Notes under the pieces: generated by a model
What the model was told of the DNA's origin: nothing
The model's database searches: none
Seen by the model: only the letters and a program-made list of their open reading frames with translations
NCBI GenBank assembly: GCA_023515725.1
Contig: JALDTO010000098.1
Coordinates: 1,142,164 to 1,206,163, forward strand
Source: Amoeboaphelidium protococcarum X5
Taxonomy: Eukaryota; Fungi; Aphelidiomycota
Direction of reading: 5' to 3'
Length of the DNA stretch: 64,000 bases
In this document: positions 50,831 to 62,675 of the stretch, piece after piece
Layout of the letters: each line of letters opens with the position of its first letter
Numbering within the stretch: the first letter of the stretch is position 1
Translations under genes and position numbers: made by a program

Positions 50831-51234
50831 CACTGATTCATGATATACAAGCCTGTCATATAAGTATTTTAATTTTTTGTTTTACTACTATAATCTTATC
50901 ATTATGATTAAGAATATATTGATCTGGACTTAATTAGTACCAGTAGCCATCAGTTCGAGTTCGAGAGCCATAAGAAAAGTTATTTGGAGACATCAAATAC
51001 AGCAAAGCCAAACTGTTTCACTGTCTCTTACGAACTGTCACTGAGTAATTCGGCGTTACGGTAATTGTGTGCTGTAAAACATGTCAAAAGTCTTTTGAAA
51101 TGGTCGCGCGTTACAGAATAGAAGTCTGCATGAGTGAAATTGTATAACATCTTTTCTTCATTCGTGCTTAAACTCAAATTCACTCTCCCCTTTCACTGTT
51201 CGAATCTTACCTTTATTGCAATTATATTCAAGTG

Positions 51235-52824
51235 ATGATGGTTGAGAAATTATTCAATCATACAGTTGCTCAAGTTATATACGATGCCAAGTTCAAGAAC
51301 AAGATTGAGAATTGTGTATAAAAGTCTAAAGATTTTGAGACTTGTCTGAGATCCATATTGGCGGTGATTGCTGTAGAAGTGAAGCCGGTGTTGGATTTAA
51401 TGGATAGCCAATACATCCAGTATTTCGATTTATGGAATGCTGCCATTATTGAGCCTGTACTAAAATTCATAGCGGAATCTGATGGAAGATATGATATTTT
51501 TAGTCTTATTAACATTAAGTAATTCCAAAGTCGATACACGCAGTGTTAAAGATTCTGTTCATAGTTGATGTCTATTGCATTGGAAGATTTGAATGGTAGA
51601 GGGATTGCTACAGCTAGTTTTCAATCTTCATCTCAATAAGCAGTTGATTAACTATTGGATAAATTCTCTGTTGGTGTATACTTTTAGATGGTGTTCAAGT
51701 AGGTGGCCTTTGAGTTAGAAAAGAGTCTGCCGTCAATTAGTGATGTTATAGGTGGATTTGCTGAAGATGGAAGTAAGCATTAGACGGAGATTCCTCAATT
51801 CATAAATGCGGCCTAGACATTAGTCAGGCAAATTTGGGATAATTAATAGTTTTGTATTGATGTTCTCACTCCAAAGTTGTGGAGATTCACCTTGTAAATA
51901 GTAATCAGAGTCTAGAGACACGTAAAGTATCTGAGTGATGGTCTGCGTCAAAGCACTAATAATGGAAATGTTGATGAAGGTGGTAAAGATGCAGCATCTA
52001 ATCTACCTGCTCTTCCGTAACGCGCGAATGATGATCCCCTGGGTCGTGGTGCTGTGCCGCGGTAGAAAGTCTGGTCCATTTGCTTTTATCTAATCCACGG
52101 ATATTCTCGTTTTGTTAAAGAGCTAAATTAGGTATTTCAATCTCATATATAGTAATTTATTCCAGCGGATGCTTTGGAAGACGTTCAGGAATAGTTGAAT
52201 ACTTAAGTGCAGAAGTTCAACTTGTAATAGGATAGTGACAATGTACTGTCTCAACTGCAATAAATGTTAACTCAATCTCTATCCTAATCTGGTGTTGAAG
52301 TCTTAAAGCAAGTCAAGACAATACCGGCACAGTATAGAAGAACTGGGCGTGATGTTCCAAAGCAAGCTTCATACTTCATTAAGAATCAGTCTGGAGAGTC
52401 TACAATTTTGGCGTAACTGAACACTTATCTCAAAGCTGCGAATAATGTTCGGATCTAATTACATTCAGATGATACTTTTCACGCTGAGACAGTCTGTAAC
52501 AATGTCGTGATTGACGTTGCTTCTTCATATCGTTAGCTGTTGGAAGATCTATTGACTAATCTAAAGTACGTTGAGGATAGCTTGAAGAAATTGCAAAGCA
52601 GCAGCGCAAGAGTCAGTTCAGTCGGTGGTCCAGGAGGGAAAGTGAGCGATGAAGACAAAATCAGGACTCAGCTGTTTATCGATGTTCACGCTTTTGTGGA
52701 TGATTGTCACTTGCTTTACAAGACATTTGATCATTCTGAATCTTAATCGGTTACGGAATAGTTAAGTTCATTATCAAAAACGGTCGAATAAGGAAATTAG
52801 GCTCCAATTAATAGTGATAAATGA
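51235..52824 (+). CDS. COG2: COG2 C-terminal portion (conserved oligomeric Golgi complex subunit 2)
   Basis: TIPAQYRRTGRDVPKQASYF, EDSLKKL, SDEDKIRTQLFIDV; start codon tentative. Confidence 0.75.
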
Positions 52825-52978
52825 ATATGGCAATGAATAGTTACATCTCATGGCAATCGATGCCCCTGATTTTGCAACCTCATGAAGATCTGTCAATCGT
52901 GAACAATATTTTTTATACTGTCTTTTTCTTCTTCATGCAATTCAAATGGCGTATCTTATAATTTTATTATGTTTCCTA

Positions 52979-54121
52979 ATGATGATGGCAACCAGCTGCT
53001 CTAGAATTACTAATGTCAATCATAAAAAGTAGATTTGGGATCGACTTGATGATCATGAAAGGTCGCAGATCCGTAATTTTAATTTGATTTGCTATAGAAG
53101 CCTTTTTGTAATACCGCAAAATGGCGCAGCGATTGCATTCAGGTATAGACTAGATAGATTAATTGGTTAAGGCTCTGCAGGATCTGTATATTCTGCGACT
53201 GATATGTGTTCGCGAAAGTCTTTACGCGTCGCTGTGAAAATAATTAATCGTAATGTGCCTGTAAGGTAACGGCGTGTGAAATTCCAGCAAGTTGATACGG
53301 AGCTGAAAACAATGAAGAGCATTGTCGATCCTTCAAGCCATTGCATGTCTCTCATAAATGTGTACGATCTGGGTAAATGGGTAATCTTTGTCATGCCTTT
53401 ATTTCAAACGGATGCTTTTGTGGAAGCCAATGCACTCGCATAATCCGATCCTGCCAATCGGTTGAAACTCGCTTAGCAGGTCAGCAAGTAAACTCTTTAA
53501 TGCCTTCGCTATCTCCACTCCATCTCTATAGTGCACAATGATGTAAAGCCTGAGAGTATATTTTTGCGTAAAGTCAACGATATTGATGATCAGTCGCAAT
53601 AGCAAAAATACTACGCCGTCCTGGGAGACTACTCTCACAGCGTAATTCTTGACCAGTAATAAACAAAAATTTGGAAGCTGGGGACAGTGTTGTACTAAGC
53701 GCCTGAAGTATCTCTGTTTAGACGCGGATCTACTGCTAATGATATGTGGTCATTGGGGCTCACGCTATTTACGATATGGAATCCTCCAGGCTTCTCCTAG
53801 CTACATAACATTATCGCTGAGACGATTAATAGCCTCAAAGTTTCTAGATCTGACCCATTGAGTGATTCTAAGTTAGATGATGATGATGATGATAATATGG
53901 ATAAAGTTCTGCTGCGCCGATTTGATGATATTTCTGGTAGATTTAAAGATTTCCTTGGCCGCGATTTTGTAGACCGTGCATTTCTTTACCAAAATGTTGA
54001 TATTAAGTTGCTGAAGTATTTCTACGACTTTATATCAAGATGTCTTACAGCTGATCCTGATCTAAGGCTCACTGTTACTGAGGCCTTGGAACACCCATTC
54101 GTTGCGATGATTAGTACATGA
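52979..54121 (+). CDS. Divergent Ser/Thr protein kinase
   Basis: IGQGSAGSVY, VAVK, HNDVKPES, GDYS, GTVLYQAPE, DMWSLG, RLTVTEALEHPF. Confidence 0.85.
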
Positions 54122-54166
54122 ATAGAGAGAGAATATAGATTATTTCGTATACAGTACATTCATCTT

Positions 54167-55129
54167 TCATCTGTTTTTGTTAAATAAGCTTTTCATTCTT
54201 TCATAAACAAAAAAAGTAGTAGCAGTACCTGGGGCACTCTTTAGTAATGCCGGTAATAGGCCTCGAAATAGAGCGCGCCATCCCTCCTCTATCACAATAC
54301 GAAATCCAACCCGAAAGAATCTCACCTTTTAATCCGCTTGAATATAGTTTCTAGCAATCAGCTGGCTATTTGAAGATTAAATGGACTTCAGAAATTACGG
54401 AGCCTAGATCTACATTCTCCGCCTAATTGTGTCCAATGGCATTACGCAAGTTTTACCAATTATACCAGAGAGAGCACCACACACGAAATCTCGATTGTAT
54501 TAAGTCAGAAACATCTAAGCATTTGGCGTTGATAGAGCTAGCTGTAAGCTTTCATATGACTAGAAAACTATCGCCATATAGGGGAAGATCTACATTACAC
54601 TGGCAGCGAAACCTCGATAAAAGCCTCCAACTCCCTCCGTCTGATAAATAAGTCCCACAGCTTAAATAACTCTCTAATACTATCGCTAATCTTGTGCATT
54701 AGATGTCTACGCTATAAAACGCGTCCGTAAAGTATCCAGCGGGTATGAAATAAAAGTGGCAGTGGATCCGGCCAATCCTCCACAAATAGATGCCGTGTAC
54801 GACTAAAGACGATCGTCACGTTCCAAGTACGAACTCATGAATGATCGAAGTGTCGAGTAAGAACTGAACTGTATTCCGCCATAAGTCAAGTACAACCATT
54901 CAGCAGACCAGTTTCCTTTCCAGAAAGCAGTCAGACCCTCCCTGCGATATATGTCACGCACCACGGCGAGGATGTTTTATCGCTACTAATACTGGAATAT
55001 CTGTAATCTAATCTTGACAACATCTAGAGGCGAAACTACAAATCTACTAACAAGGCCCGCAACTCCTCCACTTATAGCTTATTAGATTCCCGTCAGCGGT
55101 TGATCGTCCTTTTACTAATTGCTGATCAT
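54167..55129 (-). CDS. TPC1: Mitochondrial carrier, thiamine-pyrophosphate carrier type (SLC25A19)
   Basis: [30 protein letters not shown], three carrier repeats. Confidence 0.8.
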
Positions 55130-55308
55130 TTCAGCTCTGTTCTATTCAGTAAAGTTGGTATAATCAAACGCGAAACTTAAAGTACAGTAAAACGACTCAA
55201 AATTAGAGATTGAAATACTAGCAGTCTTAATAATCCATGCTTTTGAAACACAAAGTAAATAAAAGAAACTCAATATAGAGGCAGTGAAAACTAACGCGAT
55301 ATATATGA

Positions 55309-56235
55309 TCATGAAGAATCAATCTGTGATGGGTCAAAACCACAAAAGTCTATAACTTGAGACAAGGCAGACTTGAACTAATCCGTGGTGAACAGCATAA
55401 CTTCTCGCTGATCAACAGCACCAATTCCATCATAGAAAGAAGCTGAAGCGTCGGGAACGCGAGAGCTTTCCGTTTGCTTTGGTTAGTAACTGAAACGAGC
55501 CTCGGCCAGTTCAGACAACACCGAATCTTCTTCATTGGCGAATCGAGGGAGATCAGACGCGTCAATATCACCATTCATATCCTCTATAGATGTGTATTTC
55601 ACAGCCTTGTATGTCTTACTAATGTATAGAATGTATTTCGCATCTTTCTCTTTAAACACTTCATCCATAACCAGTTTACTCAAAGGACCAGCAACCTCCG
55701 TCGGCATGTTGGTCAATCGCTCATTGATGAAAATGTAGCAATGTTAATCAATTTCAAGGGCCTTTCTAAAAGCATCAGTGCTTTATTTATCTTTCGACTG
55801 CTTCAGCTTTTTCTGTATAAACTGTTTTAGATTGCGACACCAAGATTAATCATTGAATGGAATGCAGCATGATATCGCTAAAGGATCATTCAATGAACCG
55901 TCATCATTATCATCACTGTCAGCGCGGATGACGGTTGCACAAGGTTGCAATGCAATGATAGAGTCAGCCATAGATCCCAATTCCAAATCTTGCGCATCGG
56001 TACTAAACAGCTAATTTAATAGATTCTTCAACGCATGATAATCACTTTCTATCGGTGAGTTGAATGCAAAATCAACATTTATCATTTCCTGCGTGATATC
56101 AGAATCACATTCACTACCACTATCAACGCTATTGCTTTCCGAATCAGATTCATTTTAACTCCAATTAGATTCAATTTCATCTCCAGATGCAATGGAGAGA
56201 GCATCTTCTTCATTAAGATTAAGCTTTCGTTTCAT
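55309..56235 (-). CDS. BCP1: Bcp1/BCCIP protein
   Basis: Acidic N-terminus, INVDFAF...DYHALKNLLNQLF, INERLTNMPTEVAGPL, FANEED. Confidence 0.88.
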
Positions 56236-56423
56236 TTCTCTAATGGTACAGTTAATGCAGATTTTTGATGAAATTTAAAATCTTACGCGTCAAATACCAA
56301 CAATATGTTGTTAAATGAGCCAGGTAACTCCTTTACAAAAGCAAAAAAATAAATTCAGAAAAAATCAATAATAATAAGAATTAAAGAGTATTTATATGTA
56401 TGATATATTCCAGAGATGGAGAA

Positions 56424-56846
56424 TCAACGATAACTCTTCTGGAAACGAGCACGAGCACCACGACCACCAAACTTCTTTGGCTCACAACGACGTGGATCAG
56501 CAACCAAGAGAGAACGGTCATACTGCACAAGAATATCCTTAACCTCCATCTTGCTCACCTCATCAACAAACTTCTAGTTGTATGCGACAATGCTCTTGGC
56601 AATAGCCTGACGAATAGCGTAAATCTGACTGACATGGCCACCACCACGAACGCGCACACGAATGTCCACACCAGCGAATCTCTCCTTGCCGAGCAGCAGG
56701 ATTGGTTCATACACTTTAGCGCGTAAAATCTCTGGCTAAAGTAATTCCAAAGGAACTCCATTCACCTTAATCAATCCCTTTCCTTTTTTGCAGTGAGCAA
56801 CAGCAGTCGCTGTCTTCTTTCTTCCATAACACTGAACAGCCTCCAT
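56424..56846 (-). CDS. RPS16: 40S ribosomal protein S16 (uS9)
   Basis: [14 protein letters not shown]...[17 protein letters not shown]...[25 protein letters not shown]. Confidence 0.98.
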
Positions 56847-57738
56847 TTTATTTATTATATAAAAATGCTATCCTTGATTATTTCTTGAGTGGAATAGAGT
56901 GGAAGGAAATCTATGCGTAATGCTTGTGGGCGGTCTGTGCGCGTCTACGCTGTAGGAAAGACTTTTCATTTTATCGTCTCGACGCGAAGAACCTAACCTT
57001 AATGATGAGCGCGAATATCCCACCAATCAAATTTGTTGCCGGTTGTTAAGCACGCGTTATAAACTATGTGTATCATGAATTTGTAATGGTTTTATCTTTA
57101 GGTATTCATTCTAAGGAATATGTAAGCGTGTAATGGTTCTGATGTTTATAAAGGCTCGCATGGTCGACTGAGAATACTATTTATCTACAACAACAATCAC
57201 TGAGAGTACAGTATTATTTTACAACACTCTTCCTCTACATACTGTATCAAAACATATGTCTGAACTTCTCCGGGTTCCATTCTCATTATGGAATGTGCGC
57301 TTCTTAATGATTATGAACAGTTCTTTTTGATAAACTCGTACTGGTGGTCTTTGAGTTATTAAAAAAAATGTCTGTAAAAGATGCCTAAAGTGATATAATT
57401 TCAATGCTTCAAGTGTCATCGTCCGATAGATTCAGCCTAATCACTTAGAACTTCGAACAACTTAACCAATTTACTACTTTTAAGCCCCGTTTAAAGAAGA
57501 TACGATATACACAACAATTTTGTGTGACGAATGTCCATCGTGCCATAACTTGACCAGAAGAGCAGTCAGCGTGATCGGGGGCTCTCAGGGGTAGATTGGT
57601 AGAATGATTGTGGTGCCGCAATTATCACTTTTACACTCAATTGAATACATATTTCCATCACTTGACTTTTTGTTTTCAGTTAAATTAGAGATTTCTACAA
57701 TTTATTCATAGAAAGATTAGTCTTAGATTCGAATTGTT

Positions 57739-60180
57739 ATGGATAATTAGGCAACGAATTGGTTGTATTCGTTCGGCTAAAAGATTATCGCGGCCGCCAC
57801 TCTAGACAGTGCTTTGACGCCCTATGCGCTCATGGTATACCCTGTGATTCCTGCTGGCGGTGAGTCTGGCGGTGAGAATGGATCTGAGTTTAATTTCGGT
57901 ACTTAGCTACTGCAGGGTGTTCTATTCGCGCTTGCTTTTCTCTGTCTGCTGGTCATTCTGCTGGCATTTTTGATCAGGCGCCTGTTAGGCAGATCTGCTT
58001 CTCGCTCTGCTGAAGGTAAGGAGTGGGCAGCACTGGAGACCTCTGACCCGTACCAAGAGCCTTCAAAGAACCGTGGCACCAAGGTATCCTATGCTTTCTA
58101 CTTCATCATGGCTGCGGTATCCATGGCTGCAGTTTGCTTTACCTTTGTCACGTCTGTGGATCTGAATCGCTCTTTGGCTCACTTGATCGATGATGTATAC
58201 GATGTTGCTGTACCGCGTCTAAGTGAAGATGTGCTATAGTACATGCGTACAGTCACCAACTCTAATGCCGATTTGTTCAAATACGTGTTGGATGCTGGCA
58301 GTCAGGATATGTCATTCCAGGTGGATAGACTGTGGCGCAATGAGAGCAACGCCAAGATTTTGCCTCTGATTTTGCCGGCTGAAAATGATACCTAGGCTTA
58401 TAATCTGTTGAATTTTACCACTCAAGCTGTTGAACTTTAGAAAGCTCTGAATTAGTCCTAGTAACACTACGATGTTATGAGATAGAGCCGTATTGAGCTG
58501 TACCAGATGGTGGAACTTGGATTGCCAGAGTTGCAGAGTCACTTTTAGAAGATCTTTGTGAATTCCTCTGAAGTTGGTCAGTATGGTGAATAGTTGCAGA
58601 ACATTTTGCAGGTCTTGTCTTCCGTTGACGCTGGATCATCTAACCAATCTCTGAAAGACGGTCCTTACTTTAACGTGACTCTTATTGATATTGCTATGGC
58701 TGAATTTAATCAATCCGTCTCTCAGCTGATTCCCGAGAGTTCAAAGACTGAAGAGCATCGTGCGCTGCAGTACCTAGGGGATTCACTGTACAACTAGCTG
58801 GGTAATCCATCCTAGTTGAAAAGATTAGTCGCTTTACGCATGCTGGGCTACACAGAAGCCGTATACAGCAATGAGACTGTGCAATTTGGCGGTTTATTGG
58901 GCTCTATGGTGGATTAATTGGTCGCCGGGCTGTAGTTTGGTGTGACTAGATGTTAGGTATCACTGAAAAGCGAGCAAGATATTCCCGCAGAGTCCCAACA
59001 TCAAGGTATTAGGGAGATTGTACTCTTCAATGGATTGGTGAATATGATGCGTATAGTTCGTAATTACCTGGTGCCTGTGGTGTTTGGTATATCTGCCGCT
59101 GCTTTACTGAGCTATTTGCTTGGACTTTTGTTTGGATGTCCAAGACGCGCCACATCTGTTGGGACCAAGTAGACTCTGTCTCCTAGTGGAATGAAGGCAG
59201 TCCTGACTTTGATCGTTATCTTCGCCGTAATTGCATCTTTTGGTATTGCTGGATTCTTTACACCAACCACTGCATTGTCATATGGTTCATGTCAGGATCG
59301 TCCGCTATTCTTCCCGTCGAATTACAACACCAGTTCTGCTGATGGAAGCTCTCAGATCAGCGCTGAACAGTCACAGTAGGTTGAAAAATAGTGGTTCCAG
59401 AATGACATCCCTAGCTGTGCTGCTTGTAATCAAGACAATCTGTTCTTTGGATGGAACAAGTTCAAGGATAGTGCCAACAATGTGCTCAAGCAGAATGTCA
59501 ATGTATCTCAGGCTTTGTCTTTGACTGAGCAGGATTCTGTGATCATAATGACTGTTATCGCCAAGTAGTAGATGAATATCAAGGGCCTTGTTGACGGCAC
59601 TCGTAACAGCGCTAAGGTTAGCCCTCCGAATAATTAAGCTTATAGAGATGGTCGTAATGGTTGGATCTCTTAGCTGAACGGTATCAAGGCTGAGTTGTAG
59701 AGAAATGCTAATAACGCGGATGCCATCAAGTTTGTGGACAATCTGTCTCTGGCTGCATAGACAATCTCCAACAACACTGAACTATTGTATTAGAATCTGC
59801 TAGAGTTCAAGACACAACTTGATGCAGCTATCAAGCCTATTGAATAGATTAGTAATACTTTTGGTGATCTGACTGACAAGATTCAGGCTCAATTCGGAAG
59901 TATTGTCGATGAGATGGATGGCCAGATTGTTAAACCAGCCGTGGTTAGATTCTCTGCAGTTCCCCCTATGGATCCTAGTGTGTAATGTCCTTCATAGCGC
60001 AGTAGTAATAGCTCCATCTCAGCTGAGGCTCAGACAGTGTACCAGAACGCGTCAGTTATTTTTGAAAATGCTTTGTGTGATCAGGCTCAGGTGTCCTTGG
60101 TGAAGACTTTTGGTTCCATCATCTTGGTGGCGATTGTGAGCATCCCGCTGTCCTTCCTGTCTTTGGGATTGCAAAAGTGA
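57739..60180 (+). CDS. Five-transmembrane protein with two large loops (prominin/tweety-like topology), 813 aa
   Basis: Hydrophobic helices near 57910, 58090, 59070, 59200 and 60110; Cys motifs after TM4 and before TM5; many N-x-S/T sequons in the loops. Confidence 0.7.
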
Positions 60181-60540
60181 AGTGAAAGTATAATACATTT
60201 TTTTATAATTAATATTAATATTAAGGTTATTCGATGTTTTCATGATAAGGATTGCTTTTACGAATCTTTTATAAACGCCTTTTACATTATAATCTGCAAG
60301 CACTTGGGTGTTAAACCAAGAACGCCGCGATCACTAGCGCCTCTCTCGCGCGTTAGTTTTACTATCGTAGAAATCGTCGTGCTTAACTCCCTCAGCTTTC
60401 CCTCTCTCTCATTACTCAGGCGGAATTCAACGGCTAAGAAATCTCTCGCGGTTCTACGTTCTTTCTAATTTGAAGTTTTAATCCGTGCCCATAGTAGTAG
60501 TAATAATAAACACAACAATATATCAACGCGCAAATTCCAG

Positions 60541-62368
60541 ATGGCGATGAAAGTTCCGAGAATGCCAGCCTTGCTCAAAGAAGGCTATAAGGTATAACAT
60601 ATTCATGTGATGTATGATTTTAACTTGATTTTGAAATCACCGCTTCGTGTAGATGATGCAAGGTGTTGATGAGGCTCTACTTCGCAACATCGAGGCGTGC
60701 AAAGAGCTTGGTACTCTGGTCAAGACATCGTATGGACCCAATGGCATGAACAAGATGGTAATCAATCATTTGGAAAAGCTGTTTGTTACCAACGATGCAG
60801 CCACGATTATGCGCGAATTGGAGGTGGCCCATCCCGCTGCGAGATTGATTGTTATGGCTAGTCAGCAGATGGAGAATGAGGTCGGTGATGCTACCAACTG
60901 GGTTGTCATTTTCGCTTCGGAACTGCTTAATAAGGCCGCTGAACTACTCAAAATTGGCGTCCACTCTGTCGACATTATTGAAGGATATGAAGTTGCAGTG
61001 AAGAAAGTTCTGGAGCTTTTGGAGCGCGAAGTTGTCAGTGAATTAACTGATGTCACGTCCTCCACCGGTCTACTGTAGTCTTTGAGAAGTGCCTTGGGGA
61101 GTAAATAGTATGGTTACGATGCTTTTCTTGCTGATCTAGTGGCTAAAGCTTGTATTGATGTCATGACCAAGAACCCAAAGTACTTCAGTGTCGACAGTGT
61201 GAGAGTTGTCAAAGTAATGGGTGCGTCTGTCTACGATTCCATGGTGATTCGTGGTATGGTATTCAATCGCGAGCCTGAAAGTGAATTGAAGAAGATCAAG
61301 GATGCCAAGGTGGCGATTTATACTTGCGGATTGGATATCTAGTAGACTGAGACTAAAGGAACCGTGCTGTTGAAGAATGCCGATGAGCTACTGTCTTTCA
61401 GTAAGGGAGAAGAAGCTCAGCTGGAGGGAATGGTGAAGGAGATTGCCCAGAGTGGAGTGAAGGTCATCGTTGTGGGAAGTGGTGTCGGTGATCTTGCACT
61501 GCATTTTGCTAACAAGTATGGTCTTGTGGTTGTGAAGTGTCTGTCCAAGTTTGATCTGCGTAGGCTGTGTAAAGTGACCGGTGCTGTGGCAATGACTAGA
61601 TTGGGTGCACCTACTGCCGAAGAGGCTGGACATGTTGATCAGCTGGACACTATTGAGATTGGATCTGATAGATGTACAGTATTCCAGTAGAACGAAGGCA
61701 AGGCAACAAGAACTATCACTATAGTCTTACGCGGTGCAACTCAGAATCATATGGATGACCTCGAGCGGGCTATTGATGATGGAGTGAACACGGTAAAGTT
61801 GATGACCAAGGATGGCCGTCTATTACGCGGTGCAGGATGCGTTGAAATATCTCTTGCAAAGAAGTTGGTGGACTAGCTATCTTCTTCATCATCCGATAGT
61901 GACAGTGCGAGTGCAATCGCTGGTAGTGTTAATGCAATGGGCGTTAAGGCGTTTGCTGAGGCTTTCGAGGTTATTCCGCGCACTCTGGCTGATAACGCTG
62001 GTTTAGATTCTACTTCCGTCGTTAGTGCGTTGTATTCTGAGCTGAGCAAGGGTAATGTCAATTCTGGTGTTAATGTCGAGGCTGAGTTTGGTATTCAGAC
62101 TGCAGTAGATTCAAACGGTGATTAGATTACTCCTGGTGACAAGGCGTCCCCATCAAAGGTTATCAGAGACATCACCAAGACTGGCGATAACCCGGATCTG
62201 TATCCTATTTATGATCCGTATGTTGCCAAGTATTGGGCAATAAAGTATGCCGTGGATGCTGCACTCACCGTCCTACGCGTGGACCAGATCATCATGAGCA
62301 AGCCAGCTGGCGGTCCAAAGTTGCCAAAGGGTGGAAATCAAATGTACGATGACGATCAGATGGCTTGA
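60541..62368 (+). CDS. CCT8: Chaperonin CCT subunit theta (intron 60592-60652)
   Basis: TSYGPNGMNKMVINHLEKLFVTNDAATI, GDATN, SKQYG, SKFDLRR, VDQIIMSKPAGGPK. Confidence 0.97.
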
Positions 62369-62675
62369 TTCCTTCCATATCTGATACGGTACTATCAACT
62401 ATTCATTTATAATACTATTTTTTGCTTTAATTCCTCTCTTTTATGATTTCAATATATGGGACACCAATAAATCAATGTCTTTATACCCATAAGTGGCAGC
62501 TTAATCAATCGAGCCGTCTTTGTTTCGGCCGTTCTTCTTCCGCGAGATCTCGCCGTTGTCGTTTACAATAAACACTGGACAACTTTCAAAAGTCTTTCAC
62601 TGTTTCAACACTGTTGATCTTTTTATTTTATCAGTAAATAATTTGTCCAACGTTTTGGTATAGTTTGTTGATAAA

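Noticed and set aside
56900-57700. tRNA or snoRNA in the long RPS16 upstream spacer (also 31040-31900)
   Set aside because: No cloverleaf, T-loop or paired C/D boxes; only isolated short stems.
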